Shown: positions 48,686 through 58,583, numbered from the stretch's first letter. The stretch: DNA of 64,000 nt from Candidatus Kaiserbacteria bacterium (GCA_019634005.1 JAHQWD010000003.1:304539-368538); one strand, 5' to 3'. Notes: generated from the sequence alone by a model not told the origin. Made by a program: numbers and translations.

Positions 48686-48714
48686 AATATACTTCTCAAA
48701 ATCTGTAATGTCAA
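48686..48714 (-). promoter_or_regulatory. Sigma70 promoter of the orphan gene
   Basis: TTGACA-N17-TATATT, 2 nt after the pheT stop. Confidence 0.75.
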
Positions 48715-48716
48715 CC

Positions 48717-50603
48717 TTACCGCACCTCCCAACCCTTCTCTGCCGCCACAACATTAATACGCTCCATAATCGGATTCACCTCCTCATCGGTAAGGGTTCC
48801 TTCTGTGGACTGGAACACGAGACGAAACGCATATGAGGTTTTTCCATCTTTAGAGAACTCATCAAAAAGAGAAATACGTACAAGTAAATCCCCCGCCTCA
48901 CTCCGAAGCACCTCTTCAACATCATCTGCAGATACTCCCTCTGTCCAGAGTGCGATGTCTCGGGACACATGTGGGTATACGGAGAATGGCTTGTAGGTTA
49001 CATCAGGCGTCTTCTCAAACGGTTCGTACGCTTCAGGCTGTGGAAGTTTGGAAAGTAGTGCTGAAAGATCCATCTCCGCCACCCCCTTCTCCATAGAGAC
49101 TTTAAGCTCCACGCCAAGTACTTCCTCAAGCGCTTTTTGTGCCTCCTGTACAGGCGTATCATCCTTTGGTGTGTATCCTGTCTGCTTGGTACGTACTCCC
49201 CACGAGAGTGCGAAATGTTCCTCGACAGTCCCGTCACCTTTTTCAAAGACGGTACCAACCTCAAAGACACGGACGTCTTGTGTGCCAATAAGATCTACAT
49301 ACGGCATGTTCTTATCCAGTGCCTCGGTAATGTTTTTTGAGAGTGTGCTTCGCAGATACCCCTTATCACTCGCAAGTGCATTTAGGAGTTTTACTTTATC
49401 TTTCTTACGAAATGAAGACGTAATGACCTCAGAAAAACCAAGGTCGAGAAGTGTCTTCCGAATCTTCTCACTGTAGTACTGCCGTGGGTTCACTTCTGCA
49501 AGTGCAGTCTTCTCAGGCACCACAGACTCCACATGATTATACCCATACACACGCCCCACTTCCTCAATATAATCTTCTTCGATATGTAGGTCAGTGCGCT
49601 CCCACGGACTGGTTACAGAAAATGTATCTCCGTCTTGTGTATATGCTATTCCAAGACGAGAAAGGATGCCTGCAACATCATCTGTAGTGAGTGAAAGCCC
49701 AAGCAATCTATTCGCACGCTCTACAGAAAGTGTCGTCGACACCTCTTCTTGCTTCACTGGGTATGTATCAGTCCATCCGATAATTTCACCTCCTGCAATC
49801 TCTTTGATGAGATTCGCAGTCTCTTGGAGGGCATATGGAATTAACTCTGGAGATGGATTGTTCTCAAAGCGCTTTGAAGCATCGGTCTGCAACCGAAGTT
49901 TCTGTGACGCTTTGCGGGTAATGACAGGGTCGAAATTAGCAGCCTCAAGAATAATATCCGTTGTATTCGTATCTACCTCTGCATGCTTTCCTCCTTTAAT
50001 ACCCGCAATACCAAGCGCCGTTCCATCTGCGTCTTCAATCACTTGGATGTCTGAAGAAAGTTCGTATTCGTCATCTGAGAGCGTTACGATCTTCTCTCCC
50101 TCAAGTGCATATCGCACACCGAGACTTCCTCCAGAAAGTTTTGAACCATCATACGCATGGAGTGGTTGTCCCAAAGAAAGCATCACATAGTTTGTTGCGT
50201 CCACCACGTTATTAATAGAACGTTGTCCAAGCGCTTCAAGACGCTTCTTCAGCCACTCTGGAGATTCTTTAATCTCTACCCCCTCCATACGTACCAATCC
50301 CATACGTCGGCACCCCTTTTCATCTGTGATACGTGCTTCAACAGTGTCAGTCTCTGAAAGCGTTATCTCTTCGCGGAGTGGATCCTTCACCAGTTTCGTG
50401 TCCAACAACGCCGCAAGTTCTCGTGCGATACCTCGGTGACAGAGACAATCGCTTGAACGATTCGGGAGCACATCAACGTCAATGACATCCCCTTCTACAC
50501 CTTCAATCTCAAAGGCGTGGAAGGTTAGAAGTTCTTCAATCTTCTCTGGTGTCGGAGTCTTCTCTCCAAGATATTCTGCTATCCATTCGTGTAGTACCTT
50601 CAT
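48717..50603 (-). CDS. pheT: Phenylalanine--tRNA ligase beta subunit (lacks the B2 domain)
   Basis: LPNRSSDCLCHRGIARE, NNVVDATNYVML, EDYIEEVGRVYGY and the C-terminal B8 domain YPHVSRDIA. Confidence 0.95.
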   Translation of the reverse strand: MKVLHEWIAEYLGEKTPTPEKIEELLTFHAFEIEGVEGDVIDVDVLPNRSSDCLCHRGIARELAALLDTKLVKDPLREEITLSETDTVEARITDEKGCRRMGLVRMEGVEIKESPEWLKKRLEALGQRSINNVVDATNYVMLSLGQPLHAYDGSKLSGGSLGVRYALEGEKIVTLSDDEYELSSDIQVIEDADGTALGIAGIKGGKHAEVDTNTTDIILEAANFDPVITRKASQKLRLQTDASKRFENNPSPELIPYALQETANLIKEIAGGEIIGWTDTYPVKQEEVSTTLSVERANRLLGLSLTTDDVAGILSRLGIAYTQDGDTFSVTSPWERTDLHIEEDYIEEVGRVYGYNHVESVVPEKTALAEVNPRQYYSEKIRKTLLDLGFSEVITSSFRKKDKVKLLNALASDKGYLRSTLSKNITEALDKNMPYVDLIGTQDVRVFEVGTVFEKGDGTVEEHFALSWGVRTKQTGYTPKDDTPVQEAQKALEEVLGVELKVSMEKGVAEMDLSALLSKLPQPEAYEPFEKTPDVTYKPFSVYPHVSRDIALWTEGVSADDVEEVLRSEAGDLLVRISLFDEFSKDGKTSYAFRLVFQSTEGTLTDEEVNPIMERINVVAAEKGWEVR

Positions 50604-50605
50604 AA

Positions 50606-51325
50606 TTAAAATTGTGAGACAAAGCGGAGGTCACCACTGTAGAGATCACGGACGTCATTCAGTCCATATTTCATGAATCCCATGCGATCGATTCCCATAC
50701 CAAAGGCGAATCCAGAATACACTTCAGGATCAATGCCAGCATCACGAAGTACGTTTGGATGCACCATCCCCGCACCCATAATCTCCACCCACTTCCCCGC
50801 AAGCTTACTCTCTCCCGTTACTTTCATATCCACCTCTACTCCAGGCTCCACAAAGGGGAAGAAACTCGGGCGAAAACGTACTTCTGCCTCTCCATCAAGG
50901 AAACGAGAGAAGAAGTGTTCAAGTGTTCCCTTAAGGTGTCCCATATGCACCCCCTTGTCTACATACAGTCCCTCAAGCTGATGGAATTGCGCTTCATGTG
51001 TTGCGTCAGTAGCTTCGTTGCGAAACACCTTCCCTGGCACGATGACACGAATTGGTGGCTCATGCTTCTCCATATACCGAGACTGTACGGGACTGGTGTG
51101 TGTACGAAGTACCGTTGGCTCTTTCACATCATCACTTCGGAACCAAAAGGTGTCCTGCATATCTCTCGCAGGATGATCCTTTGGCACGTTCAACATATCG
51201 AAATTGTAGTGTTCTGTTTCTGCCTCAGGACCTTCAGCAAACACGAATCCAATCTCAGCAAAGATGCTGTTAATCTCTGAGATCATCTGTGTCAGTGGAT
51301 GTTGGTGTCCCTTCGGTGTTTCCAT
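50606..51325 (-). CDS. pheS: Phenylalanine--tRNA ligase alpha subunit (catalytic core only)
   Basis: GHQHPL, HPARDMQDTF, LRTHTSPVQ, FRPSFFPFVEP and GFAFGMGIDR. Confidence 0.96.
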   Translation of the reverse strand: METPKGHQHPLTQMISEINSIFAEIGFVFAEGPEAETEHYNFDMLNVPKDHPARDMQDTFWFRSDDVKEPTVLRTHTSPVQSRYMEKHEPPIRVIVPGKVFRNEATDATHEAQFHQLEGLYVDKGVHMGHLKGTLEHFFSRFLDGEAEVRFRPSFFPFVEPGVEVDMKVTGESKLAGKWVEIMGAGMVHPNVLRDAGIDPEVYSGFAFGMGIDRMGFMKYGLNDVRDLYSGDLRFVSQF

Positions 51326-51326
51326 A

Positions 51327-52412
51327 CTACGTGTTTAAGAGTATCTGATACATAATAGCACCATCGAGTGCGTACACGCCGCCGTTGTAGACGCGCATAT
51401 CAAGACTGTCTCCAAGAAGAAGTGGTTGCATATTTTGCCACCCACGATCATCTATCTCCACCACATAGATACCGTCCTCAAGCGCAAGGATGACAATGTC
51501 AGAACTGCCTGGGTAGAAATCAAAGGCAGTGATGATCTGCTCTTTATCATCCAACTGTATCGTTGGATCGCACACTTCAGCCATCGGTGCTTCATCAAGA
51601 AGAATGTCATCATGCGTATCAGCAAACGCAACACCTTCTACCGTCTCCACCTCCTCACTGAGGAGCTCATACTCTGGCGCACAGTAGTAGTATGGCATGT
51701 TTTCTTCTTCTCCAACGTATCGTGCATATACATACCCTTCAGACTCATAGAGCGCTACCCCATTTGCAACCTTTGTAGTAGTTGCAGTTGTTGTCGCCTC
51801 TTCACTTGAGAGAAATGAGTCAATCCCCTCCTGAATACGAGATGGTAAAGACACAACCGCTTCATCATCAAAGACCTGTACGAGTGTCTGGTGCTCTGTA
51901 TCGTCTAAAAGCACTGTTGGGGAGAGGCTGTCTTCCAACACATATTCATTTGTCGTTGAGGCATGTGCAATTGGTTCTTCTGGGAGCACTGTCTCGCCTG
52001 CCGCTGTGCGATGTGCAGAAATAACACGCACCTGTGGTACTAGAGGCATATTAAACGCCTGTGCCTCGGTCACTACATGCGGATACACAGGTAATTCTTT
52101 CACCCACGTATGGGATTCTGGTTTTTGTACATGCACCTTATGTGTTCCTGTCTCTAGCCCTTGTGCATAGAATGCACGGCGAAATGCACGTGTTTCTCGC
52201 ACCAACTCATCGTCTATATAAATCTCCGCTCCTGTACGGTCTGCGGCTACATAAATACCTCCTGTACTGACAAAGGTATCGGTTGCGTCGAGATTAAGCT
52301 TGTATCCTGTCGCGTAGAGATACAGAAATGGAAGTACGATGATAAAAAGGAGTACGAGGAGGGTAAATACGATTTTTCGCTTCTTAATCGAGAGCGGTTG
52401 GGTCGGTTCCAT
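51327..52412 (-). CDS. Membrane-anchored PEGA-domain-like protein
   Basis: N-terminal TM ending YATGY, then TGGIYV...GAEIYID...GTHKVHVQKP...WVKEL. Confidence 0.7.
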   Translation of the reverse strand: MEPTQPLSIKKRKIVFTLLVLLFIIVLPFLYLYATGYKLNLDATDTFVSTGGIYVAADRTGAEIYIDDELVRETRAFRRAFYAQGLETGTHKVHVQKPESHTWVKELPVYPHVVTEAQAFNMPLVPQVRVISAHRTAAGETVLPEEPIAHASTTNEYVLEDSLSPTVLLDDTEHQTLVQVFDDEAVVSLPSRIQEGIDSFLSSEEATTTATTTKVANGVALYESEGYVYARYVGEEENMPYYYCAPEYELLSEEVETVEGVAFADTHDDILLDEAPMAEVCDPTIQLDDKEQIITAFDFYPGSSDIVILALEDGIYVVEIDDRGWQNMQPLLLGDSLDMRVYNGGVYALDGAIMYQILLNT

Positions 52413-52432
52413 AGTGTGTTTAAACTACCATA

Positions 52433-54004
52433 CTATGCGGTTTTGTCATCTTTCCGATGTTTTGGCGTCACCCAGAATCCCATATACTTTCCAAGCATGA
52501 GTCGCGTCTGTGCATCAAGTCCTGGAAGCGAACTGAAGGTAATCATAGTGATTGGTACCAAGAACCATTGTACAGCCATCACAATGTACGAAAGTCGGCT
52601 CTTTCCATCAGGACGTGCGGGCATGAGTGTAAGAGAGATAATGGACGAAATGATCAGTCCAAACATAGAGAGCGTAAGGAGGTTTCGTACCACGATCGGA
52701 AGGTTGTACGAGAGTACAGTCTCATGGAAGACGCGTCCACCAAGGAAGATTGGCGCCCACCCGAGGATAAAGAGCATGATCGGATTCGTCACCAAAGACC
52801 AGTACCCTTCCGCCTGACGCAAGAAAATCTTAATACGGATCTTCAGTGCAATATTCTTATTCTTCATGAAGTGGTACCCAATGTAGACAAGGTTCTCCAC
52901 TCCATATGTCCACCGTCTGTGCTGTTTATAGATATTTTTAATCGTACCCCAGAGCGTTGGTGCAGCGTTGGCATCCATGGATACTGGATATGAGAGTGGC
53001 ACTACATCATACTCCCCATCGTTCGCCACAAGGAGGTTCCAATAGATACGAGAGTCCTCAGACACCATGTTGGTCTGCCAGTACCCAATCTCGTAGAGCG
53101 CTTGGAAGGAGACAGAGTGCGAAGAGAATGTCGCCATACGTTCGGGACGTTCCTGCTGCACCATCTCCCAGAACGTACTGGACATTGCCACCACCCGTGA
53201 GAGTGGAGATGCATCCCAGATATTGTTGTTAAACACAGGAACTGGCTGATACGAGCTCTTCAGTGGTCGACGGGCAGTCATAAAGTGCCAGACAAGACAG
53301 TTGAAATAGTCTGGGTAGATGACAGTGTCGATATCAAAAATAGAGACGAGTGTATGGTTATACCGAATGCCGTGCGGATCAAGTACTTTGGTACGCACTT
53401 CTTCTGCAGCCCATGTTGCGTTTGATCCTTTCCCTGCAAGTTCCCCAACGATATCGCCTGGGTGTGTAGAGACAAGGAAATACCCAAAAGTATCTGCCCA
53501 CTTCTCTCTCATTTTCTCTGCCACCTTCTGTGCCCCCTCTCCCGCACGCTCTTCTGCAGCCAACACAATGACGAGACTCTTCGTATCGTAATTTGCATTT
53601 GCCATTGATGAGAGTGTCGCGTCAACAACATCTTCTCCTTCCTGATAGAACGGGAGGATTACTACATGGTAAAGGTGTCCGTATTCAAAACGCTCGATCA
53701 TCTTCGCCCAATCCACTTTGAGATTCTTGCGCAATCGCGCCCAATTATGTCGGAGATGGAATGAGAGGAATGCAGTCTTTAACACCCAATACACCGCAAA
53801 CGCGATGATAAAGTACGCAGCGATAAACGGTACGTAGACGGAGAGAAGTACCACGGTGATCAACGTAACCCATGACGCTACACCAGGTAAAATCTCTAGG
53901 AATCGGTATATTTTTTTGTCTCTCCCTGAGAGCTCCACTGCACGACCGACCTTAAAGTCCTTTCGACGTGCGTATGGTAACAGGTGAGAATCCTCCGTAT
54001 TCAT
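52433..54004 (-). CDS. Family 2 (processive-type) membrane glycosyltransferase
   Basis: LPFYQE, GKGSN, DIDT (DxD), SED and QHRRW (QxxRW), with flanking TMs. Confidence 0.88.
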   Translation of the reverse strand: MNTEDSHLLPYARRKDFKVGRAVELSGRDKKIYRFLEILPGVASWVTLITVVLLSVYVPFIAAYFIIAFAVYWVLKTAFLSFHLRHNWARLRKNLKVDWAKMIERFEYGHLYHVVILPFYQEGEDVVDATLSSMANANYDTKSLVIVLAAEERAGEGAQKVAEKMREKWADTFGYFLVSTHPGDIVGELAGKGSNATWAAEEVRTKVLDPHGIRYNHTLVSIFDIDTVIYPDYFNCLVWHFMTARRPLKSSYQPVPVFNNNIWDASPLSRVVAMSSTFWEMVQQERPERMATFSSHSVSFQALYEIGYWQTNMVSEDSRIYWNLLVANDGEYDVVPLSYPVSMDANAAPTLWGTIKNIYKQHRRWTYGVENLVYIGYHFMKNKNIALKIRIKIFLRQAEGYWSLVTNPIMLFILGWAPIFLGGRVFHETVLSYNLPIVVRNLLTLSMFGLIISSIISLTLMPARPDGKSRLSYIVMAVQWFLVPITMITFSSLPGLDAQTRLMLGKYMGFWVTPKHRKDDKTA

Positions 54005-54094
54005 ACGGCGGGAGTATACCCCATAGTGTGGTTTTAGGAAATAGTGTATTTAAGATACCTCCGCTTGGTAAAGCAGTGCTATACTTATACGTAT

Positions 54095-54481
54095 ATGAAA
54101 TGTAAAAACTGTAACTGCCCTCTTTCTAAGTCTCAGCGTACCTATTGCTCAAATAAATGTCAGGCAGATTTTCAGTACAAGAAATATATTGAGAAATGGA
54201 AAAGAGACAGTAGGAATGGAGGCCGAGGAGTCCCCACTAAGAATATCTCAAGACATATAAAACGTTATCTTGTTGAGATCAATGGAGAAAAATGTAGTTC
54301 TTGTGGTTGGAGGAAGAAACACCCAACAACCAAGAAGGTTCCGCTAGAAGTCGATCACATTGATGGAGACCCAGAAAATAACAACCTCAATAACCTCTCC
54401 CTCCTTTGTCCTAACTGTCACGCACTTACACCCTCATTCAGGAACCTGAACAAAGGTAACGGCCGCCGTTGGCGTAAATGA
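54095..54481 (+). CDS. HNH endonuclease with Zn-binding motifs
   Basis: CKNC...YCSNKC, CSSC and LEVDHIDGDPENNNLNNLSLLCPNCH. Confidence 0.9.
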   Translation: MKCKNCNCPLSKSQRTYCSNKCQADFQYKKYIEKWKRDSRNGGRGVPTKNISRHIKRYLVEINGEKCSSCGWRKKHPTTKKVPLEVDHIDGDPENNNLNNLSLLCPNCHALTPSFRNLNKGNGRRWRK

Positions 54482-54494
54482 TATTAAATGTCTT

Positions 54495-54571
54495 TGGAGC
54501 CACCTCTCGGGTTCGAACCGAGGACCTGCCGATTACAAGTCGGCTGCTCTAGCCAACTGAGCTAAGGTGGC
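54495..54571 (-). tRNA. tRNA-Thr(UGU)
   Basis: GCCACCTTAGCTCAGTTGGCTAGAGCAGCCGACT-TGT-AATCGGCAGGTCCTCGGTTCGAACCCGAGAGGTGGCTCCA forms a full cloverleaf with encoded CCA. Promoter TTGCAT-N17-CATAAT at 54603-54631. Confidence 0.97.
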
Positions 54572-54632
54572 GATATAAAAATGCGCGAATTGCGCGTACG
54601 GTATTATGCGCGAAAAGTCTCGATAATGCAAC

Positions 54633-55058
54633 CTAGAGTCGGGTACCGATTGCTCGCTCTTTTTGTTTCTTTTGCTCCTCTGGCGAAAGTGCAGACTCTG
54701 CCTTGTGCACCGCAACCTCTTTGAGATGTGACGAGGACTGTTCCTTTGTTACTTTTCGTGCAAGCGCTTTGTTCGTACGCAACAATGCATCAAGACGTGT
54801 ATCGACTGCACGAAGAAACTGCTTGAAACTTCGTAGTACCTGATGGAAAAAATAATGAAGGGAGTGTCGCATGATGTCTCTGCGGAATGGCTGTGAGAGA
54901 CGTTCACATACTTTATAGAGACGTTCTATCGCTGCATCAAAGCGTGTACGCTTATCTTCAAGAAAGCGTGTGCCACGAGTACGCTCTTTATTAAAGAGCT
55001 GCACGATGAGCGCGAGTAGTCCTGCGCTTACGATGAGGCTAATGAGTGCTGGTTGCAT
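54633..55058 (-). CDS. Hypothetical membrane-anchored basic protein
   Basis: N-terminal TM. A -10 box (TATACT) lies just upstream of the ATG, as in core genes. Confidence 0.7.
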   Translation of the reverse strand: MQPALISLIVSAGLLALIVQLFNKERTRGTRFLEDKRTRFDAAIERLYKVCERLSQPFRRDIMRHSLHYFFHQVLRSFKQFLRAVDTRLDALLRTNKALARKVTKEQSSSHLKEVAVHKAESALSPEEQKKQKERAIGTRL

Positions 55059-55103
55059 ATGGGTAATAGTATACCAAAAAACACCCTCTCGGGTGTTTTT
55101 TCT

Positions 55104-55688
55104 CTACGCTACAGACATTCGCTTCACTTCTGTAATTGCGGCGTTCTCGCCAAACTTCTGGACTGCTCCCTGTACAAGGTCTCCGATAGTCTTCTCTGGA
55201 TCCTTGATGAATGCCTGCTCAAGAAGCACACGATCTTTGTAGTATGCGTCGATTTTTCCTTCGAGGATCTTCTCTTGCATATCTTCTGGCTTGTCTACTA
55301 CCTCCTCCTTCAGTACCTCACGTACTTTTGCAATCTCCTCTTCGCTCACTTCCTCGCGAGTAACTGCAACAGGAGCCTGTGCAGCAACATGCATCGCAAT
55401 ATCATTTGCAAGCGCAACAAACTCCTCGTTCTTTGCCACGAAGTCTGTCTCACATGAAAGCGTTACAAGCGCAGCCACTTGATTCGTATTGTGTACGTAT
55501 GAACCAATCACACCACTTCCAAGTTCGCGATCTGATTTCTTTGCTGCAGCCTCTCCTCCCTTCTTCTGAAGAAGAATCCGCGCCTTGTCCATGTCGCCCC
55601 CTGCTTCCTCAAGCGCTTTCTTACACTGCATGACAGAGATACCTGTTGCATCTCGCAGTTCTTTAAGCTGTGCTGAAGTGATTTCCAT
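55104..55688 (-). CDS. tsf: Elongation factor Ts (short form)
   Basis: LKELRDATGISVMQCKKAL and CETDFVAKN. Follows rpsB. Confidence 0.96.
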   Translation of the reverse strand: MEITSAQLKELRDATGISVMQCKKALEEAGGDMDKARILLQKKGGEAAAKKSDRELGSGVIGSYVHNTNQVAALVTLSCETDFVAKNEEFVALANDIAMHVAAQAPVAVTREEVSEEEIAKVREVLKEEVVDKPEDMQEKILEGKIDAYYKDRVLLEQAFIKDPEKTIGDLVQGAVQKFGENAAITEVKRMSVA

Positions 55689-55715
55689 AGAAAATTATGT
55701 GATTAGAACTAGTAG

Positions 55716-56426
55716 TTAGGCTGTTGCTGTTGCCTTCTTTCCTTCGAGGTATGCATCAACAATCTCAGTGAGTACGAGTGACACGCTCTCAGTGAGCGCG
55801 TCGTTACATACTACTGGGTACGTGACGAGTGAAAGGTCTCCGTCAGAGCTCGAGATACCCACCACTGGAATGTTACGCTCCTTTGCCTCTGCTACCGCAA
55901 TAGCGTCATGACGTGGATCTACAACCACGAGCATATCTGGGGTGCGCTCTAGTGTCTTGATACCACCAAAGTTGAAGGTGAGTTTCTCAAGTTCGCGACC
56001 GATAAGCACACGTTCCTTCTTGGTGTACTTTCGCTCAAGTTCTCCAGACTCTCCCTGCTCGGTAAGGTCAAGGAGTCGCTTGATACGCTTCTTGATCTCT
56101 GCAAAGTTAGTGATCATTCCACCAATCCATCGGTTTACGACAAATGGAGATTCCGCCTTCTCAGACGCTGCCTTTACTAACTTTGAAGCCTCATCCTTTG
56201 TTCCCACAAAGAGAACAGTCTTCCCTTTTGCTCCCATCTCCTTGACCGCTTCTTTTGCAGCCTCAAGGAGTTCTGTTGTTTTTTCAAGATCGAAAATGTC
56301 AGTCCCCTGCTTGTTTCCGTAGAGATACGGCACAACCGTTGGATGACGACGGCTTTTTGTAAAGCCAAAGTGCGCTCCTGCTTTGAAGAGTCGCTCAATT
56401 AGATTTTGTTTTGTATTCTCTGACAT
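55716..56426 (-). CDS. rpsB: 30S ribosomal protein S2
   Basis: AGAHFG, VLFVGTK and RWIGGMITNF. Confidence 0.96.
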   Translation of the reverse strand: MSENTKQNLIERLFKAGAHFGFTKSRRHPTVVPYLYGNKQGTDIFDLEKTTELLEAAKEAVKEMGAKGKTVLFVGTKDEASKLVKAASEKAESPFVVNRWIGGMITNFAEIKKRIKRLLDLTEQGESGELERKYTKKERVLIGRELEKLTFNFGGIKTLERTPDMLVVVDPRHDAIAVAEAKERNIPVVGISSSDGDLSLVTYPVVCNDALTESVSLVLTEIVDAYLEGKKATATA

Positions 56427-56568
56427 AATTTTAAGTAAAAAAGCGCGGTAGCGCCTTCTGTGAGGAAGATGCTACCACAGTGGGATGTAAGATGCAATGG
56501 GCTCGCAGCATATTTTACCAACGAAAAAGGCCCCACCAGATTGTGAGGCCTTGCCATCATTTTTTGAC

Positions 56569-57147
56569 TCAGAGGTCTTTGTACGCCGCGCGGAGAAACA
56601 GATATGCGTGATCATTCGCATACGCACCGTGCGCATTGAATTGTCCCGCACAAATCCGCGTTTCGGATTCAAAGACCCTACATTCGAAACTTGTGTCCCG
56701 ATCAGATCGAGGAATCGTGAAAATTGCCCAACCGCCGCAGATTTCATGAGCATCCTCTGGCAAGACATAGCTCATGATCTTTTCTACAACACCTCTATCG
56801 GTCGTACTCATCAGTCCGCGCCGTTGCGCTTCCTGCAGGATAGTTGTGGCCGCCAGAAGGTCATCCGAGCCAAAATCGTCCGTGAGCTTGTCTTCGAAGA
56901 TTTCAGGCGTCAGCATGACAACCTCGTAGGTCATCCCCGCATCTTCATCCCGAACGACTCCGTAGACTGCACCGTGCTGTCGGTGCCACATGGTTTCGAA
57001 GTTCTTCGGTCCACGCTTGAAGTTGTTAAGGATTTGCTGCATGACCTTTGGTTCTTCAACCCAATCTTGCCGCTCATCTTTCGTCAAATCTGGAAAGTTC
57101 TGCATTACCATGCCAAAGAATTGGCAGATCTGTTTTTGAGTAGTCAT
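56569..57147 (-). CDS. Hypothetical orphan protein (192 aa), SD-led
   Basis: AAAAGGAG SD, its own promoter, and a hairpin at about 56527-56552 downstream. Confidence 0.7.
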   Translation of the reverse strand: MTTQKQICQFFGMVMQNFPDLTKDERQDWVEEPKVMQQILNNFKRGPKNFETMWHRQHGAVYGVVRDEDAGMTYEVVMLTPEIFEDKLTDDFGSDDLLAATTILQEAQRRGLMSTTDRGVVEKIMSYVLPEDAHEICGGWAIFTIPRSDRDTSFECRVFESETRICAGQFNAHGAYANDHAYLFLRAAYKDL

Positions 57148-57206
57148 GACGTTTTCTCCTTTTTAGGTCTTCGTCAATGATGTAAATGGACTCTAAACTA
57201 TCCATA

Positions 57207-57235
57207 TGTATACCATTTTGTATATGGTATGTCAA
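57207..57235 (-). promoter_or_regulatory. Sigma70 promoter of the orphan gene with an inverted repeat
   Basis: TTGACA-N17-TATACA, 4 nt after the prfA stop. ATACCAT-N7-ATGGTAT lies across the spacer. Confidence 0.7.
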
Positions 57236-57239
57236 TATC

Positions 57240-58205
57240 TTATTCTTGTTTGCTCACTGTTTGCAGCGTATCAAAGATATCATCAAACTTCCCTGCCATC
57301 ACATCCTCAATATTGTGCCACGACTCTTTAATACGGTGGTCTGTAATACGGTTCTGTGGGAAATTGTACGTACGGATTTTCTCAGACCGATCCCCTGTTC
57401 CAATCTGACTTTTTCGAAGTTCCGCGTGTTTTTTCGCTTCCTCCTCTTCGTGAAGCATTTCCAACTTTGCAGTAAGGATAGACATGGCCTTTTCACGGTT
57501 CTTCAACTGCGATCGCTCAGATTCTGAACGTACATCGATGCCTGTTGGTGTATGCACCAAACGCACTGCAGTCTCTACCTTGTTCACGTTCTGCCCTCCA
57601 GCACCTCCCGCACGAGAAAACTCCATCTCAATATCCGCTGGGTTAATCTCCACCTTAGGCTTCTTACGCATCGGAAGCACTGCAACAGACGCAGTTGATG
57701 TGTGGATACGCCCCGCCTTCTCTGTGACTGGGACACGCTGTACACGATGTACACCTGTCTCATACTGGAGTGCATCGTAGACTTCAGAACCGAGAATCTC
57801 AAAAGTCGCTTCTTTATATCCACCTGACGACGAACGAGACTCATTTGCAACAAAAGTCTTCCACCCGCGCGTCTCTGCATATTTAAGGTATGCCTGTGCA
57901 AGTTCTTCTGCAAAGAGTGCCGCCTCATCCCCGCCAGCACCTGCACGTACTTCAAGTGCTACTCCGTACGGCTTCGCCTCTTCCTCTCGAGACTGCTCCA
58001 CAATCTGATCCATCTCGTTATACTGCGCCTCAATCTGCGTATCAATATCTTTAAGTTCTTCTTCAGCGAGGGCTTTCAGGCTTTCATCCTTAAGGAGTTC
58101 CTCATTCTCTGCCCGCTTATCCAAAAGCGCATCAAATTGCGTCATCAGGAACTGTGTCTTCTGATTCTCTCTGAACTCTTGTAGTTTTTCTTCGCTTAAT
58201 TCCAT
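57240..58205 (-). CDS. prfA: Peptide chain release factor 1
   Basis: [12 protein letters not shown] (PxT RF1 specificity motif), GAGGQNVNK and [15 protein letters not shown]. Confidence 0.95.
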   Translation of the reverse strand: MELSEEKLQEFRENQKTQFLMTQFDALLDKRAENEELLKDESLKALAEEELKDIDTQIEAQYNEMDQIVEQSREEEAKPYGVALEVRAGAGGDEAALFAEELAQAYLKYAETRGWKTFVANESRSSSGGYKEATFEILGSEVYDALQYETGVHRVQRVPVTEKAGRIHTSTASVAVLPMRKKPKVEINPADIEMEFSRAGGAGGQNVNKVETAVRLVHTPTGIDVRSESERSQLKNREKAMSILTAKLEMLHEEEEAKKHAELRKSQIGTGDRSEKIRTYNFPQNRITDHRIKESWHNIEDVMAGKFDDIFDTLQTVSKQE

Positions 58206-58228
58206 ACGTATAACTATAGCACTCTACG

Positions 58229-58264
58229 AGAAAACCCGCGTGGCTATAGCCACGCGGGTTTTCT
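58229..58264. terminator. Terminator after rpmE (perfect 36-bp palindrome)
   Basis: AGAAAACCCGCGTGGCTA-TAGCCACGCGGGTTTTCT. Confidence 0.75.
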
Positions 58265-58272
58265 TACAGACG

Positions 58273-58542
58273 TTACGCCTTTTTCTTGCGTCCTCCAGCC
58301 TTCTCTGCACGCGCCTTGAAGCGCTCTACACGTCCTGCAGTATCCATCACCTTCTCCTGTCCTGTATAAAACGGATGTGATGCACTTGAAACATCTACGT
58401 GTGCAACGGGATACTCATTCCCATCTGTCCACTTATCTGTCTCTTCAGTTGCGATTGTCGAACCAAGCAAAAAGCGCTCCCCACTTGCGTTGTCGTGGAA
58501 AATTACCTTTCGATAGTTATCTGGATGAATATCCTTTTTCAT
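58273..58542 (-). CDS. rpmE2: 50S ribosomal protein L31 (type B, no Cys)
   Basis: MKKDIHP...[12 protein letters not shown]...DTAGRVERF. Confidence 0.94.
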   Translation of the reverse strand: MKKDIHPDNYRKVIFHDNASGERFLLGSTIATEETDKWTDGNEYPVAHVDVSSASHPFYTGQEKVMDTAGRVERFKARAEKAGGRKKKA

Positions 58543-58583
58543 AGCCGAAGTACTATAGCAAACTTTGTTGCTTTGGCAAGTAA

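Noticed and set aside
54005-54571. tRNA-Thr as the attachment site of an integrated island or prophage
   Set aside because: There is no integrase and no duplicated tRNA 3' end, and ordinary chromosomal genes resume immediately after the HNH gene.
25630-57235. One shared operator (TAC...GTA) in the orphan promoters
   Set aside because: The spacing differs (11, 12 and 13 nt) and the half-sites do not match, so a single regulator is not supported.
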